Assembly (NCBI GenBank): GCA_043767805.1
Contig: JAYUGC010000134.1
Coordinates: 1 to 57,697 of the forward strand
DNA from: Pseudomonadota bacterium
GTDB lineage: Bacteria; Bdellovibrionota; FAC87; UBA2466
Reading direction: 5' to 3'
DNA: 57,697 bases
Part shown: positions 49,705 through 57,697 of the stretch, in pieces
Position numbering within the stretch: position 1 is the stretch's first letter
Layout: each line of letters starts with the position of its first letter
The notes under the pieces: model-generated
What the model was told of the DNA's origin: nothing
Database searches by the model: none
Seen by the model: only the letters and a program-made list of their open reading frames with translations
Position numbers and translations under genes: made by a program

Positions 49705-51156
49705 CTAAACGCCGTCGGCGCCAGAGGTTCCGCCGGACTTGGGCGCCGCATCGGCGCCGGTCTCGTCGGCCTTGGGCGCTTCTTCCGCCCGAGTACGCTC
49801 TTTCTGAGCTTTCATTTCCGCTTTCAAACGTTCGAATACCGCATCCGAAGTCATCTTCGAGGACGCGGCGGTCGCCACGGCTTCCGCCTGGGCAATTTCT
49901 TTTTTCAGTGCCTGGTACTTGCCGGAAGCCATGAACGCCTTCGCGTTGGCGATGATTTCCGTGGCCTTGTCGACCGTGAAGCCGGGAACCGCGGCCAAGG
50001 CCGTGGCATCCGCTTGCGCGATCTGATCGACACTCAAGCCGTAGTGGAACGAGCTCTGCGCGAGCGTGTCGTTCATGCCTTCGATGGCCAGCAGCAATTT
50101 CTTTCTCTCGTCGAACCGCTTAGCCATCGTATTTTCGGACACGATGTCAAGCTTCCAGCCGGTGAGCTGGCTAGCGAGCTTCACGTTCTGGCCGCGCTTA
50201 CCGATGGCAAGCGACAGCTGATTGTCGGCAACGACGATCTCCATGGACTTGGCCTGCTCGTCGACGAGCACTTTGACCACTTCCGCGGGAGCGAGAGCGT
50301 TACAAACGAAACGGGTCTCTTCGGCGTCGAAGGGAACGATGTCGATCTTCTCACCGCGAAGTTCCTGCACCACGTTCTGGACGCGGGCGCCTTTGACGCC
50401 TACGCAAGCGCCGACCGGATCCACGTCGGAGTCGGAAGACTCGACGGCGATCTTCGCGCGCACACCCGGCTCACGAGCCGCGTGCTTGATGGTGACGATG
50501 CCTTCGGCCACTTCCGGCACTTCCTGGTGGAAGAGCTGGATGAGGAGCTCGGGGCAGGTGCGGGAAAGGACGATGCGCGGACCGCGAGGAGTCTGCTGCA
50601 CGTCGATGAGGAATCCGAGGACGCGGTCGCCCGGGCGATAATGCTCGCCGGGGATCTGTTCGCGCGCGGGCAAAATGGCATCCGTGCGGCCGAGATCCAC
50701 GATCACGCAGCCGCGCTCGACGCGACGGCAGGTGCCGCTGACCACTTCGCCTTTGCGAAGATTGAACTCGTTGTAAATGATGTCGCGCTCGGCGTCCCGG
50801 ACCTTTTGGATGATGACCTGTTTGGCGGTCTGGGCGGCAATGCGGCCGAACTCGGAGGAGTCGAGCTTGATACCAATGGAGTCGCCGACGCTTGCTTCCG
50901 GGTCGAGTTTTTTCGCTTCAGTGTGAAGCACTTCGATGTCCGGGTTCGCGAGGGTCTCGACCACGGTCTTGAACTGGAAAAGCTCGATCTCACCGAGATC
51001 GGGATTGAAGTGCGCTTCGATTTCTTTTTCGATGCCGAACTTCTTTTTCGCGGCGGTGAGCATGGCCGTTTCCAGCGCTTCGATCAGGATGGCCCGATCG
51101 ATGCCCTTATCTTTTTCGACTTGCTCAAGTACGCGACCTAATTCTGAACCTGCCAT
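49705..51156 (-). CDS. nusA: Transcription termination/antitermination factor NusA
   Basis: FGRIAAQTAKQVI, AREPG.RAKIAV, DPVGACVG and AIGKRGQNVKLA. Confidence 0.97.
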   Translation of the reverse strand: MAGSELGRVLEQVEKDKGIDRAILIEALETAMLTAAKKKFGIEKEIEAHFNPDLGEIELFQFKTVVETLANPDIEVLHTEAKKLDPEASVGDSIGIKLDSSEFGRIAAQTAKQVIIQKVRDAERDIIYNEFNLRKGEVVSGTCRRVERGCVIVDLGRTDAILPAREQIPGEHYRPGDRVLGFLIDVQQTPRGPRIVLSRTCPELLIQLFHQEVPEVAEGIVTIKHAAREPGVRAKIAVESSDSDVDPVGACVGVKGARVQNVVQELRGEKIDIVPFDAEETRFVCNALAPAEVVKVLVDEQAKSMEIVVADNQLSLAIGKRGQNVKLASQLTGWKLDIVSENTMAKRFDERKKLLLAIEGMNDTLAQSSFHYGLSVDQIAQADATALAAVPGFTVDKATEIIANAKAFMASGKYQALKKEIAQAEAVATAASSKMTSDAVFERLKAEMKAQKERTRAEEAPKADETGADAAPKSGGTSGADGV

Positions 51157-51171
51157 GGAACTACTCTCTTT

Positions 51172-51702
51172 CTAATTCTTCTCGGGAGGCACGCCGTCGG
51201 CGCGCCAAACCCGCACTGCCTGGAGCACTTGCCCCAAAGGAACGGAAACTTCGTCCCGATCCACAATTACAAAAATCTCGTCTTTATCCACCCGCGCGAG
51301 CCTGCCCGTCAAATTGGCGCCGCGACCCGGCAATCTTTCCGCGAGTTTCAACTTCAACTCTTGGCCGACCACCTTTTCGAAATCGCCCTTCAGCCGCAGC
51401 CGGCGGTCGATTCCAGGGGAGGACACTTCCAAATCGTAGGCGCCGGGCACTTTCTCATCGAGAACGGGACCAAGAGCCCGGCTAACCGTCGCGCAATCCT
51501 CAATGGACACACCAGTGGGGGCCTCGGCCGACGTTGCCTCCGCCTTTTCCGCCTTCATTCTTTCGATGAAGAGCCGAATCAGCGACCGGCCAGAAGCCCG
51601 GTAGTCGAGATCGATCGGTCGAAATCCCAGCGGCGAAAGCGTCTGATCGCAGAGCTCTAAAATTTCCGCCTCCACTTGGGATTTACGAATAGATTCGACC
51701 AA
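51172..51702 (-). CDS. rimP: Ribosome maturation factor RimP
   Basis: GVSIEDCATVSR and YDLEVSSPGIDRRL; first gene of the nusA-infB operon. Confidence 0.94.
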   Translation of the reverse strand: MVESIRKSQVEAEILELCDQTLSPLGFRPIDLDYRASGRSLIRLFIERMKAEKAEATSAEAPTGVSIEDCATVSRALGPVLDEKVPGAYDLEVSSPGIDRRLRLKGDFEKVVGQELKLKLAERLPGRGANLTGRLARVDKDEIFVIVDRDEVSVPLGQVLQAVRVWRADGVPPEKN

Positions 51703-51724
51703 TTAATGACCCTCAAAGGTTCAC

Positions 51725-51752
51725 AAAAGAAAAAAAGCGGGCACTGCCCGCC
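51725..51752 (-). terminator. rimP-leader hairpin / attenuator
   Basis: GCGGGCAGTGCCCGC hairpin followed by TTTTTTTCTTTT, between a TTGTAT-N17-TAGAAG promoter (51781-51809) and rimP. Confidence 0.65.
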
Positions 51753-51845
51753 TGAGCTTTTATGAGCGCAAGACGGTGTACTTCTAGCAGCTTCCCCTAA
51801 CAAATACAAGATTCTAGGGGCTAGCGCGAAGCCAAGATTCGAGGG

Positions 51846-54488
51846 TTATTCCTGATAGCCTTGACGCAGAAAATCGCTCGTCTCGGACTCTTTGGCGGTG
51901 TCGACTTCGGACTCGCCGGGCGTAGTGGCCTCCCCGGGCGTACCCGTGGCGGTCTCGACGTTGGAAAGCTTGGTGCGGCTTCCCGGCTCGCCGATGCGGT
52001 TCAAGTTGCTGCCGTCGCGCGAAGGCACGCTTCCGACTTTGTAAGCGGCCCGCACGCGGCCCTTTTGGCCGGCGTTGGCGAGCCGGCCCGTTTCGGGATC
52101 GATGAACGCGAAAGAGATGCCTTCCGGCACGTTGAACCCGCCACGCGGGTACTTCGGAACGACCTTCGCCATGTAGTCGACCCAGATGGGCGTCGCCGTA
52201 TGACCACCGGTCTCGGCGGCGGCAAGAGGCTTGTCCTTTTCATAACCGACCCAGACGCCGGTCATGATGGTCGGCGTAAAGCCGACGAACCAAGCATCGC
52301 GGTGATCGTTGGACGTTCCGGTCTTACCAGCAACCGCGCCACCGACCGCGGCGGCCCTGCGGCCGGTGCCCGTGGGATCGTTGACCACGCCTTGAAGCAT
52401 GTCGACCATGACGTAAGCCGTGGTGGGCGAAATCACGCGGCCCGGCGGTAAGCCCTCGGGCGTTTCGGCGGTGGCCAGGACGGCGGCTTCTTCTTTCTCG
52501 GGCTTGTACTCTTCGAGCACTTTGCCTTCAGCGTCGGTGACTTTCTTCAAATAGTAAAGCGCGACAGGTTTTCCGAGACGCGGGAAGACGGAGTAGGCGC
52601 GCGTGATCTCGTCGAGACTGCTCGACCAGGAACCGAGCGCGATCGACAGATCGTGATTGAGCGGCGCGGTGATACCCATCTTGCGGGCGAACTCGATGCC
52701 GTGATCGATGGTGATCTGATTGAGGAGCTTCACGCTCGGAATGTTCATGGAACGGGTCAGCGCGAGGCGGAGCGGGATGTCGCCCTTGAACTTGCCGGCG
52801 TAATTATGCGGGCGCCAATCTTCGCCGACGTTGTCGGAATCGAGATCGCCTTCGACTTTGAAGACGATGGGCGCGTCCGAGACCTGTGAGGATTGATTGA
52901 AGCCTTCTTCCATCGCGGCGGCGTAGAGGACCGGCTTGAACGTGGAGCCCACCTGGCGCTTGGCCTGAAGCGCGCAGTTGAACTTGCTCTCTTCGAAATT
53001 CTTGCCGCCGACCATGGCGCGGACCGCGCCGGTCTTCAACTCGAACGAAAGGAGCGCGCCTTGGATCTCGGGGTACTGCTCGAGCGAGGCGAAAATGGTA
53101 CCGGCCTTGCGATCGATTTTATCGATCTTTACTTCGATGACGTCACCGGCCTTGAGCACTTTGGAAACTTTGTCGACGGGCTTTTCGTCCTTAATCACCC
53201 ACACCATGGTGGAGAGCGGAAGCACGACGTTCGTCTGGCCGACTCGGGCGGACACTTCGTTCTTCGTGTCGTCGACCGCGGTGACGACGGCCTTGTAGTA
53301 CTCGTTCTCGAGAGTGGGCGTCGGGCCGAAATACTTGGAGTCCGCGGTTTGGAACGCGGAGAGATCCCAGCCGAGCTGGCTCTTCTCGCCTTCGGGAAAG
53401 CTCGCCGGCAAAATGCGGAGCGGCGTTACCTTACGGAGCACGTCCTCGTGAATCTTCTTTTCGTACGCTTCGATGTCGACGGGAGAATCGAGATGAGCCA
53501 AAGCGCCGCGCCAGCCGAGACGCTTGTCCGCCTCGCGCAAGCCGCGCATGGTGGCGATGTCAGCCGCCTTCTGGAACTCGTAGTTGAGCGTCGTGTAAAT
53601 CTTGTAGCCCGAGTTGAGAATCGTATCGGAGCCATACTTATTCATCAGATAAAGACGAATGTGCTCGACGAAAAACGGCGCGAGCCTATTGTTGATGTCT
53701 TCCACTTCGTACAGCTTCAAGGGCTCGGCGAAGCTTTCCAGTGATTGCGCCTGAGTGATATAGCCGTCGGTCGCCATGCGGTTCAGAACGTACTGCTGGC
53801 GGCGCTTGGCGAGATTCGGGTTATGGAACGGATCCCAGTCGTTCGGGCGCTGCGGGAGGCCGGCGAGTATGGCCCCTTCCGCGATCGTCAGCTGAGTCAC
53901 GTCCTTGTTGAAGTAGTTGCGCGCGGCGGCGCCGATACCAAAAGCGCCGTGACCGAGATAAATCTCCGACAAATAGAGCGAGAGGATCTCGTTCTTTGAG
54001 AGCTCCTTCTCCATGCGCCAGGCGAGAACGATCTCGCGCACTTTGCGGGTGATGTTCTTTTCGCGCGAGTTGAGCACGATGGAACGGGCCACCTGCTGGG
54101 TGATGGTACTGCCGCCCTGGGCGTACTTGCCGCGCATGACGTTGGAAAGCACGGCGCGCAAAATGCCCGCGGGATCGACGCCTCTATGTTCGTAAAAGTG
54201 AGAGTCTTCCGCCGCGATGAAAGCGGAGACCACGTGCCTGGGCATCTTATCGAACTCGGTGGGGTAGCGGCGCTGCTTGGTGAACTCCCCGATCTTGACC
54301 CCGTCCTCGCTGAACACTTCGGTGGCGTTCGCGTGCTTGAAGTCTTTCAAGCTCGAGACGTCGGGCAGCTCTTTCAGAATGCGGACGACGAAAATCGTGC
54401 CGCCGATTCCGCCTAGCAGGATGAGTCCGAGCGCAATGAGGGAAAAGGTTTTCACCGTTCCTTTCAAAATGCGCTTGTCGAAAGCCAT
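51846..54488 (-). CDS. mrcA: Class A penicillin-binding protein 1A
   Basis: N-terminal TM, EDSHFYEHRG and GGSTITQQ transglycosylase motifs, an OB-like insert, and STFK, SMN, KTGT transpeptidase motifs. Confidence 0.93.
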   Translation of the reverse strand: MAFDKRILKGTVKTFSLIALGLILLGGIGGTIFVVRILKELPDVSSLKDFKHANATEVFSEDGVKIGEFTKQRRYPTEFDKMPRHVVSAFIAAEDSHFYEHRGVDPAGILRAVLSNVMRGKYAQGGSTITQQVARSIVLNSREKNITRKVREIVLAWRMEKELSKNEILSLYLSEIYLGHGAFGIGAAARNYFNKDVTQLTIAEGAILAGLPQRPNDWDPFHNPNLAKRRQQYVLNRMATDGYITQAQSLESFAEPLKLYEVEDINNRLAPFFVEHIRLYLMNKYGSDTILNSGYKIYTTLNYEFQKAADIATMRGLREADKRLGWRGALAHLDSPVDIEAYEKKIHEDVLRKVTPLRILPASFPEGEKSQLGWDLSAFQTADSKYFGPTPTLENEYYKAVVTAVDDTKNEVSARVGQTNVVLPLSTMVWVIKDEKPVDKVSKVLKAGDVIEVKIDKIDRKAGTIFASLEQYPEIQGALLSFELKTGAVRAMVGGKNFEESKFNCALQAKRQVGSTFKPVLYAAAMEEGFNQSSQVSDAPIVFKVEGDLDSDNVGEDWRPHNYAGKFKGDIPLRLALTRSMNIPSVKLLNQITIDHGIEFARKMGITAPLNHDLSIALGSWSSSLDEITRAYSVFPRLGKPVALYYLKKVTDAEGKVLEEYKPEKEEAAVLATAETPEGLPPGRVISPTTAYVMVDMLQGVVNDPTGTGRRAAAVGGAVAGKTGTSNDHRDAWFVGFTPTIMTGVWVGYEKDKPLAAAETGGHTATPIWVDYMAKVVPKYPRGGFNVPEGISFAFIDPETGRLANAGQKGRVRAAYKVGSVPSRDGSNLNRIGEPGSRTKLSNVETATGTPGEATTPGESEVDTAKESETSDFLRQGYQE

Positions 54489-54630
54489 GGAAGTCCTCTG
54501 TGGTCTTTGGGTAAGGGAGAATAGGTTTGGACGGGCATTATAAGGATATCAGAGTTTAACCGCCACCCAAATTGACGCGAAGGCTCCCAAGGCCTTGACC
54601 GGAAAACCCCTTCGTTTATGATTTAGAGTC

Positions 54631-54819
54631 ATGAGCAAATACAAACTCTCGGCTGAAGATCTCGCCCCCACCGCGATGACGGTGAAGCTGGAAAAACACA
54701 TCGTCGAGGACTTAAAGACCATGGCCAAGAACACTTCCATGCCTGTGGACGAACTCGCCCGCAAGGCTCTCCTCATGTTCATCGCCACGCACAACGACTA
54801 CCTCGGTCGTCGGTCCTAA
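54631..54819 (+). CDS. Small ribbon-helix-helix-like protein
   Basis: MTVKLEKHIVEDLKTMAK...PVDELARKALLMFI RHH pattern. TTGACC-N16-TATGAT promoter lies 8 nt upstream. Confidence 0.7.
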   Translation: MSKYKLSAEDLAPTAMTVKLEKHIVEDLKTMAKNTSMPVDELARKALLMFIATHNDYLGRRS

Positions 54820-55133
54820 GATCAGATCTTATTTAAATTCATATACTTAGCGTTTAAGGCAAAAGCCTAGGGCCCTCGTCCGCGGTATCGATTGGACCGT
54901 ATTCTCGCCACTCGGAGGAACGGCGGCCCTCGAAAAGCTGAGCGGTTCCGTGCGGCTCCCTAAACTGGAACCCTGCAGACCGCGAGAGCGCGACCAGAAA
55001 CCAGTCGCGAGCTATCTTTTATCCACTTTCCGTAACTCGCCGTAAATATGCGGTCTCTCGTGTGCTCGTGGAAATTCGTCTTAACCGGTGACACGCTCGT
55101 TTGGTGTACGGGCGAAAACCCATGCTTGTTTTC

Positions 55134-55149
55134 TGGCACCGCCGTTGCA
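55134..55149 (+). promoter_or_regulatory. Sigma54 (-24/-12) promoter
   Basis: TGGCACCGCCGTTGCA is an exact match to TGGCAC-N5-TTGCW. Confidence 0.75.
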
Positions 55150-55160
55150 CTAGTACCATC

Positions 55161-55540
55161 CCGTGACTGGGCGAATCACAGATAAGAACAATCCTCGAGT
55201 AGAAGTTTTAAAGTAGTACGTGTGCGACGCGTGGATTTTTCACTGTGGTACGTGGATTCTTTTGTAAGGTTTGCCTCGTCCCCTACCCCCCAATGCTCCC
55301 GAGAGGGAGCTGGACAGCTTTTCGTTCAGCGGGGTGGAAACTTCGGTTTCCGCCTCGCTGGGCGACTGTCTAAACGCAGTCCGTAAAAAAGCGGACGTTG
55401 GTGGGCTAGGTTTGCGTTTAGTACAGGATGGTAGCTTCAAAACTGTGTGCCTGTTCCGTCCCGGGCGTATCAAGCAGTTACGGTCTGTGCCGACCGCAAC
55501 TGACGCCGAGAGAACAGAAAACAAACAGCTACCGTTCAAG
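55161..55540 (+). ncRNA. Candidate sigma54-dependent structured ncRNA (~380 nt)
   Basis: GCTCCC-GAGA-GGGAGC GNRA hairpin, a 20-bp stem with a cUUCGg loop and four G-U pairs, and nested stems to ~55537. No credible CDS in the interval. Confidence 0.6.
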
Positions 55541-55543
55541 CGA

Positions 55544-56389
55544 CTACATGCCACCGCCGAGCCCGAACTTTTCAGGGATAGCCTGGAGAATTGCCTTCTC
55601 CACTTCCGTGGCTGTCTCTTCCAGCGCTTTTCCCGTCACGTCGAAGACCGGCCAACGCCGGTTCTTTCTAAACAATCCCTTGCAGTACTCGATTTCCTGA
55701 ATGACGTGATCGAGGTTCGCGTAATTGCCACCCGGATCCTCGCCCATCTTGATGAGGCGCTCCCGGCGAATGCGCACCAGATCTTCGGGATCGATGATGA
55801 GCCCCACGATCTTTCTCTGATCGGTTTGAAAGAGCGGCTCGGGAAGCGGGATGCCGTGCACCACGGGCACGTTGGCTACTTTCCAACCCTTGTAGGACAA
55901 GTACACGCTAAGCGGCGTTTTGCTCGTACGTGAAAGCCCCACGAGGATGATGTCGGCCTCTTGAAGGTTATCCGTGTACCGCCCGTCATCGTGCTTCACG
56001 GTGAACTCGATCGCTTCGATTCGCTTGAAGTAGTACGCGTTCACCTGATGGAAGAGACCAGGCTGGGAGTCCGGATCTTTTTTCAGGAACTGCGAGAGCC
56101 GGTCCATGAGGGGCCCGAGAAGGTCCACGCTGGTCACGCCCGAGTCCTGAGACAGCTTCTGAATGTAGGTGCGCAAACGGTCCGACACCACCGTGTAGAT
56201 GATGAGTGAAGTCTGAGTGTGCGCCTCTTCGAACACGCTCGCCACCTGGCTGTCGGTGCGGATGTTCTTGTAACGAACGATCTTGAGATTATCCCGGTGG
56301 TACTGAACGAGAGCCGCCTTGATCATCTGATCGGCGGTCTCGCCGGTTCCATCGGAGAGCACGAAAATCGTCACGCCTCCGTCGGTCAT
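55544..56389 (-). CDS. ppsR: PEP synthase / PPDK regulatory kinase-pyrophosphorylase (DUF299)
   Basis: SDGTGETA, YFKRIEAIEFTVKHDDG, GLSRTSKTPLS and DVTGKALEETA. Confidence 0.92.
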   Translation of the reverse strand: MTDGGVTIFVLSDGTGETADQMIKAALVQYHRDNLKIVRYKNIRTDSQVASVFEEAHTQTSLIIYTVVSDRLRTYIQKLSQDSGVTSVDLLGPLMDRLSQFLKKDPDSQPGLFHQVNAYYFKRIEAIEFTVKHDDGRYTDNLQEADIILVGLSRTSKTPLSVYLSYKGWKVANVPVVHGIPLPEPLFQTDQRKIVGLIIDPEDLVRIRRERLIKMGEDPGGNYANLDHVIQEIEYCKGLFRKNRRWPVFDVTGKALEETATEVEKAILQAIPEKFGLGGGM

Positions 56390-57339
56390 TTGGACCCCTC
56401 CCAGCGGTATTTAAGTGGCTGGCCGCCCGCAAAGCGAGCGGCTTCCTCAATGCAAACTCTGGCCATGGCCTCGCGTGCGATTTTCGTCGCCGAGCCCACA
56501 TGGGGCAAGCAGAAGGCATTAGGCAAAGACGCGAGTCCCGCCGCAATCCGCGGCTCAGCCTCGTACACATCGAGGCCCGCGAAAAACTCAGGGTTCGATC
56601 TGAGATGCGCGGTCAATGCCGCTTCATCGACGATCGACCCGCGAGCGGTGTTGACGAGCACCGCATTCGGTTTCATCAAGGCAAGCTGCTTCAAGCCAAT
56701 GAGATGCTTGGTCTCGGCTTTCAGCGGACAATGCAAAGAGACGACGTCCGCGCTTCTCAAACCCTGTTCGAGCGAGATCCGATCCGCTTGAAGACCGGGC
56801 CAGGTCTTTTCCGGTCCCGCATACAGAATGCGCATGCCACAGGCGGCCGCCCGCCGGGCGACGGCGGAGCCGATTTTGCCGAGCCCCACCACGAGGAGCG
56901 TCGAGCCGGCTAGCTCGAGCCCCAGATAAGAAGACGGATCGAAACCGGCCCAGCGGTTTTCCTCGATGAGGCGCAGGGCGGGCTTCACTTTGCGCGCGCA
57001 GTTGAGCAGGAGCGCTAAAGTGAGGTCCGCGGTGGCGTTGGTCAAAACATCCGGCGTGTGGGCGAGCGGCAATTTGCGCCGGCGGACGGCCTCCAGATCG
57101 ATGTGATCGAGTCCCACCGAATAGGTGATGAGACAAACGAGATTTTCCGCATGGGAGAGGAGCGCTTCGTCCACCCGGTCGGCGACGGTCACGATGAGCA
57201 CGTCCGTGCCGGTGGCCAGGCTTTTTAACTCTTCGGCGGTGGCGGGGCGGTTCTGATCGAAAACCCGGACCGGCTCATAGAAGCCTAATAATTTTTTCTC
57301 GGCTCCGCCGGGAAGCCGCCGCGCTACCGCGCAGTTCAC
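56386..57339 (-). CDS. D-2-hydroxyacid dehydrogenase (glyoxylate/hydroxypyruvate reductase-like)
   Basis: SVGLDHID, HTPDVLTNATAD, GLGKIG, VNTARG, GLDVYEAEP and PHVGSAT. Confidence 0.92.
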   Translation of the reverse strand: MNCAVARRLPGGAEKKLLGFYEPVRVFDQNRPATAEELKSLATGTDVLIVTVADRVDEALLSHAENLVCLITYSVGLDHIDLEAVRRRKLPLAHTPDVLTNATADLTLALLLNCARKVKPALRLIEENRWAGFDPSSYLGLELAGSTLLVVGLGKIGSAVARRAAACGMRILYAGPEKTWPGLQADRISLEQGLRSADVVSLHCPLKAETKHLIGLKQLALMKPNAVLVNTARGSIVDEAALTAHLRSNPEFFAGLDVYEAEPRIAAGLASLPNAFCLPHVGSATKIAREAMARVCIEEAARFAGGQPLKYRWEGSK

Positions 57340-57697
57340 TGAGGCACCACATGGGGGTCGAGCTTCAGCCAGCTGGCCGTCGACTTCATGATGCGGATCT
57401 TGAAGCGCGCGCCCTCTTCCACGTAATCGGTCTCGATCACTTTCGAGAACTCATGGATCTTGGCCTGCAGCATGGTATTGTCGTAGGGCACCACGACTTC
57501 CATCTCGATCATGTCGCGCTCGAAATAGTCGTAGAGCGCCTGGCGGAGGCGTTTCATGTCCTCAGGCCGGAGCGCGGAGACCACTACGCTATTGACGTAG
57601 CTACGCTCCAAAATCTTCGGCAGGAAAACTTCCTTAACCAAATCGGCTTTATTGAAGACCAGCATGCTCGGTCTATCGCCGGCGCCGATTTCCTCGA
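57336..57697 (-). CDS. hflX: C-terminal part of the GTPase HflX (5'-truncated by the window)
   Basis: LVFNKAD (G4), VVSAL (G5) and a C-terminal domain typical of HflX. Confidence 0.7.
   Translation of the reverse strand, partial: EEIGAGDRPSMLVFNKADLVKEVFLPKILERSYVNSVVVSALRPEDMKRLRQALYDYFERDMIEMEVVVPYDNTMLQAKIHEFSKVIETDYVEEGARFKIRIMKSTASWLKLDPHVVPQ

Noticed and set aside
55161..55540. CsrB/RsmZ-type sRNA or c-di-GMP riboswitch interpretation
   Set aside because: About seven GGA in 380 nt is near chance level and most are not in loops. No c-di-GMP-I consensus was recognised.
55271..55933. 220-aa + strand ORF downstream of the sigma54 promoter
   Set aside because: TTG start, no clear SD, and more than half is antisense to ppsR. 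The 5' part is better explained as structured RNA.

Overview
High-GC bacterial chromosomal window. Gene content (sigma54 two-component system, FlhG-like ATPase plus J-like/HTH pair, gene styles) suggests a Bdellovibrionota/Myxococcota-type 'deltaproteobacterium'; this is inference, not a search result. Left part: glyoxylate shunt (aceB-aceA), an NtrC-type two-component system, and housekeeping genes (rluD, pgeF, ridA, glpX, dciA, dut). Middle (~17.6-36.9 kb): a Wzx/Wzy-type surface polysaccharide locus with 11 glycosyltransferases (a 12th lies at 3.8 kb), an FkbM methyltransferase, a kinase-dead Wzc-like protein and a miniature SLBB export protein. Directly next to it (36971-40704, minus strand) is the main discovery, a translationally coupled RiPP-like operon: HprK-like kinase, PqqD/RRE, radical SAM-SPASM enzyme, a 59-aa precursor peptide missed by the ORF track (38348-38527; YEKPKI leader motif, two Cys, C-terminal Ser), a soluble S24/S26 peptidase and an NTP_transf_5 nucleotidyltransferase. 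No lasso cyclase is present. Right part: a signal-peptide-bearing Fic protein, the rimP-nusA-infB-rbfA-truB-rpsO-pnp-M16 peptidase operon, PBP1A, a candidate sigma54-driven ~380-nt structured ncRNA, ppsR, a 2-hydroxyacid dehydrogenase and the end of hflX. Also present: a three-copy ~90-bp palindromic repeat family, a candidate ECF-driven sRNA and many apparently leaderless genes.
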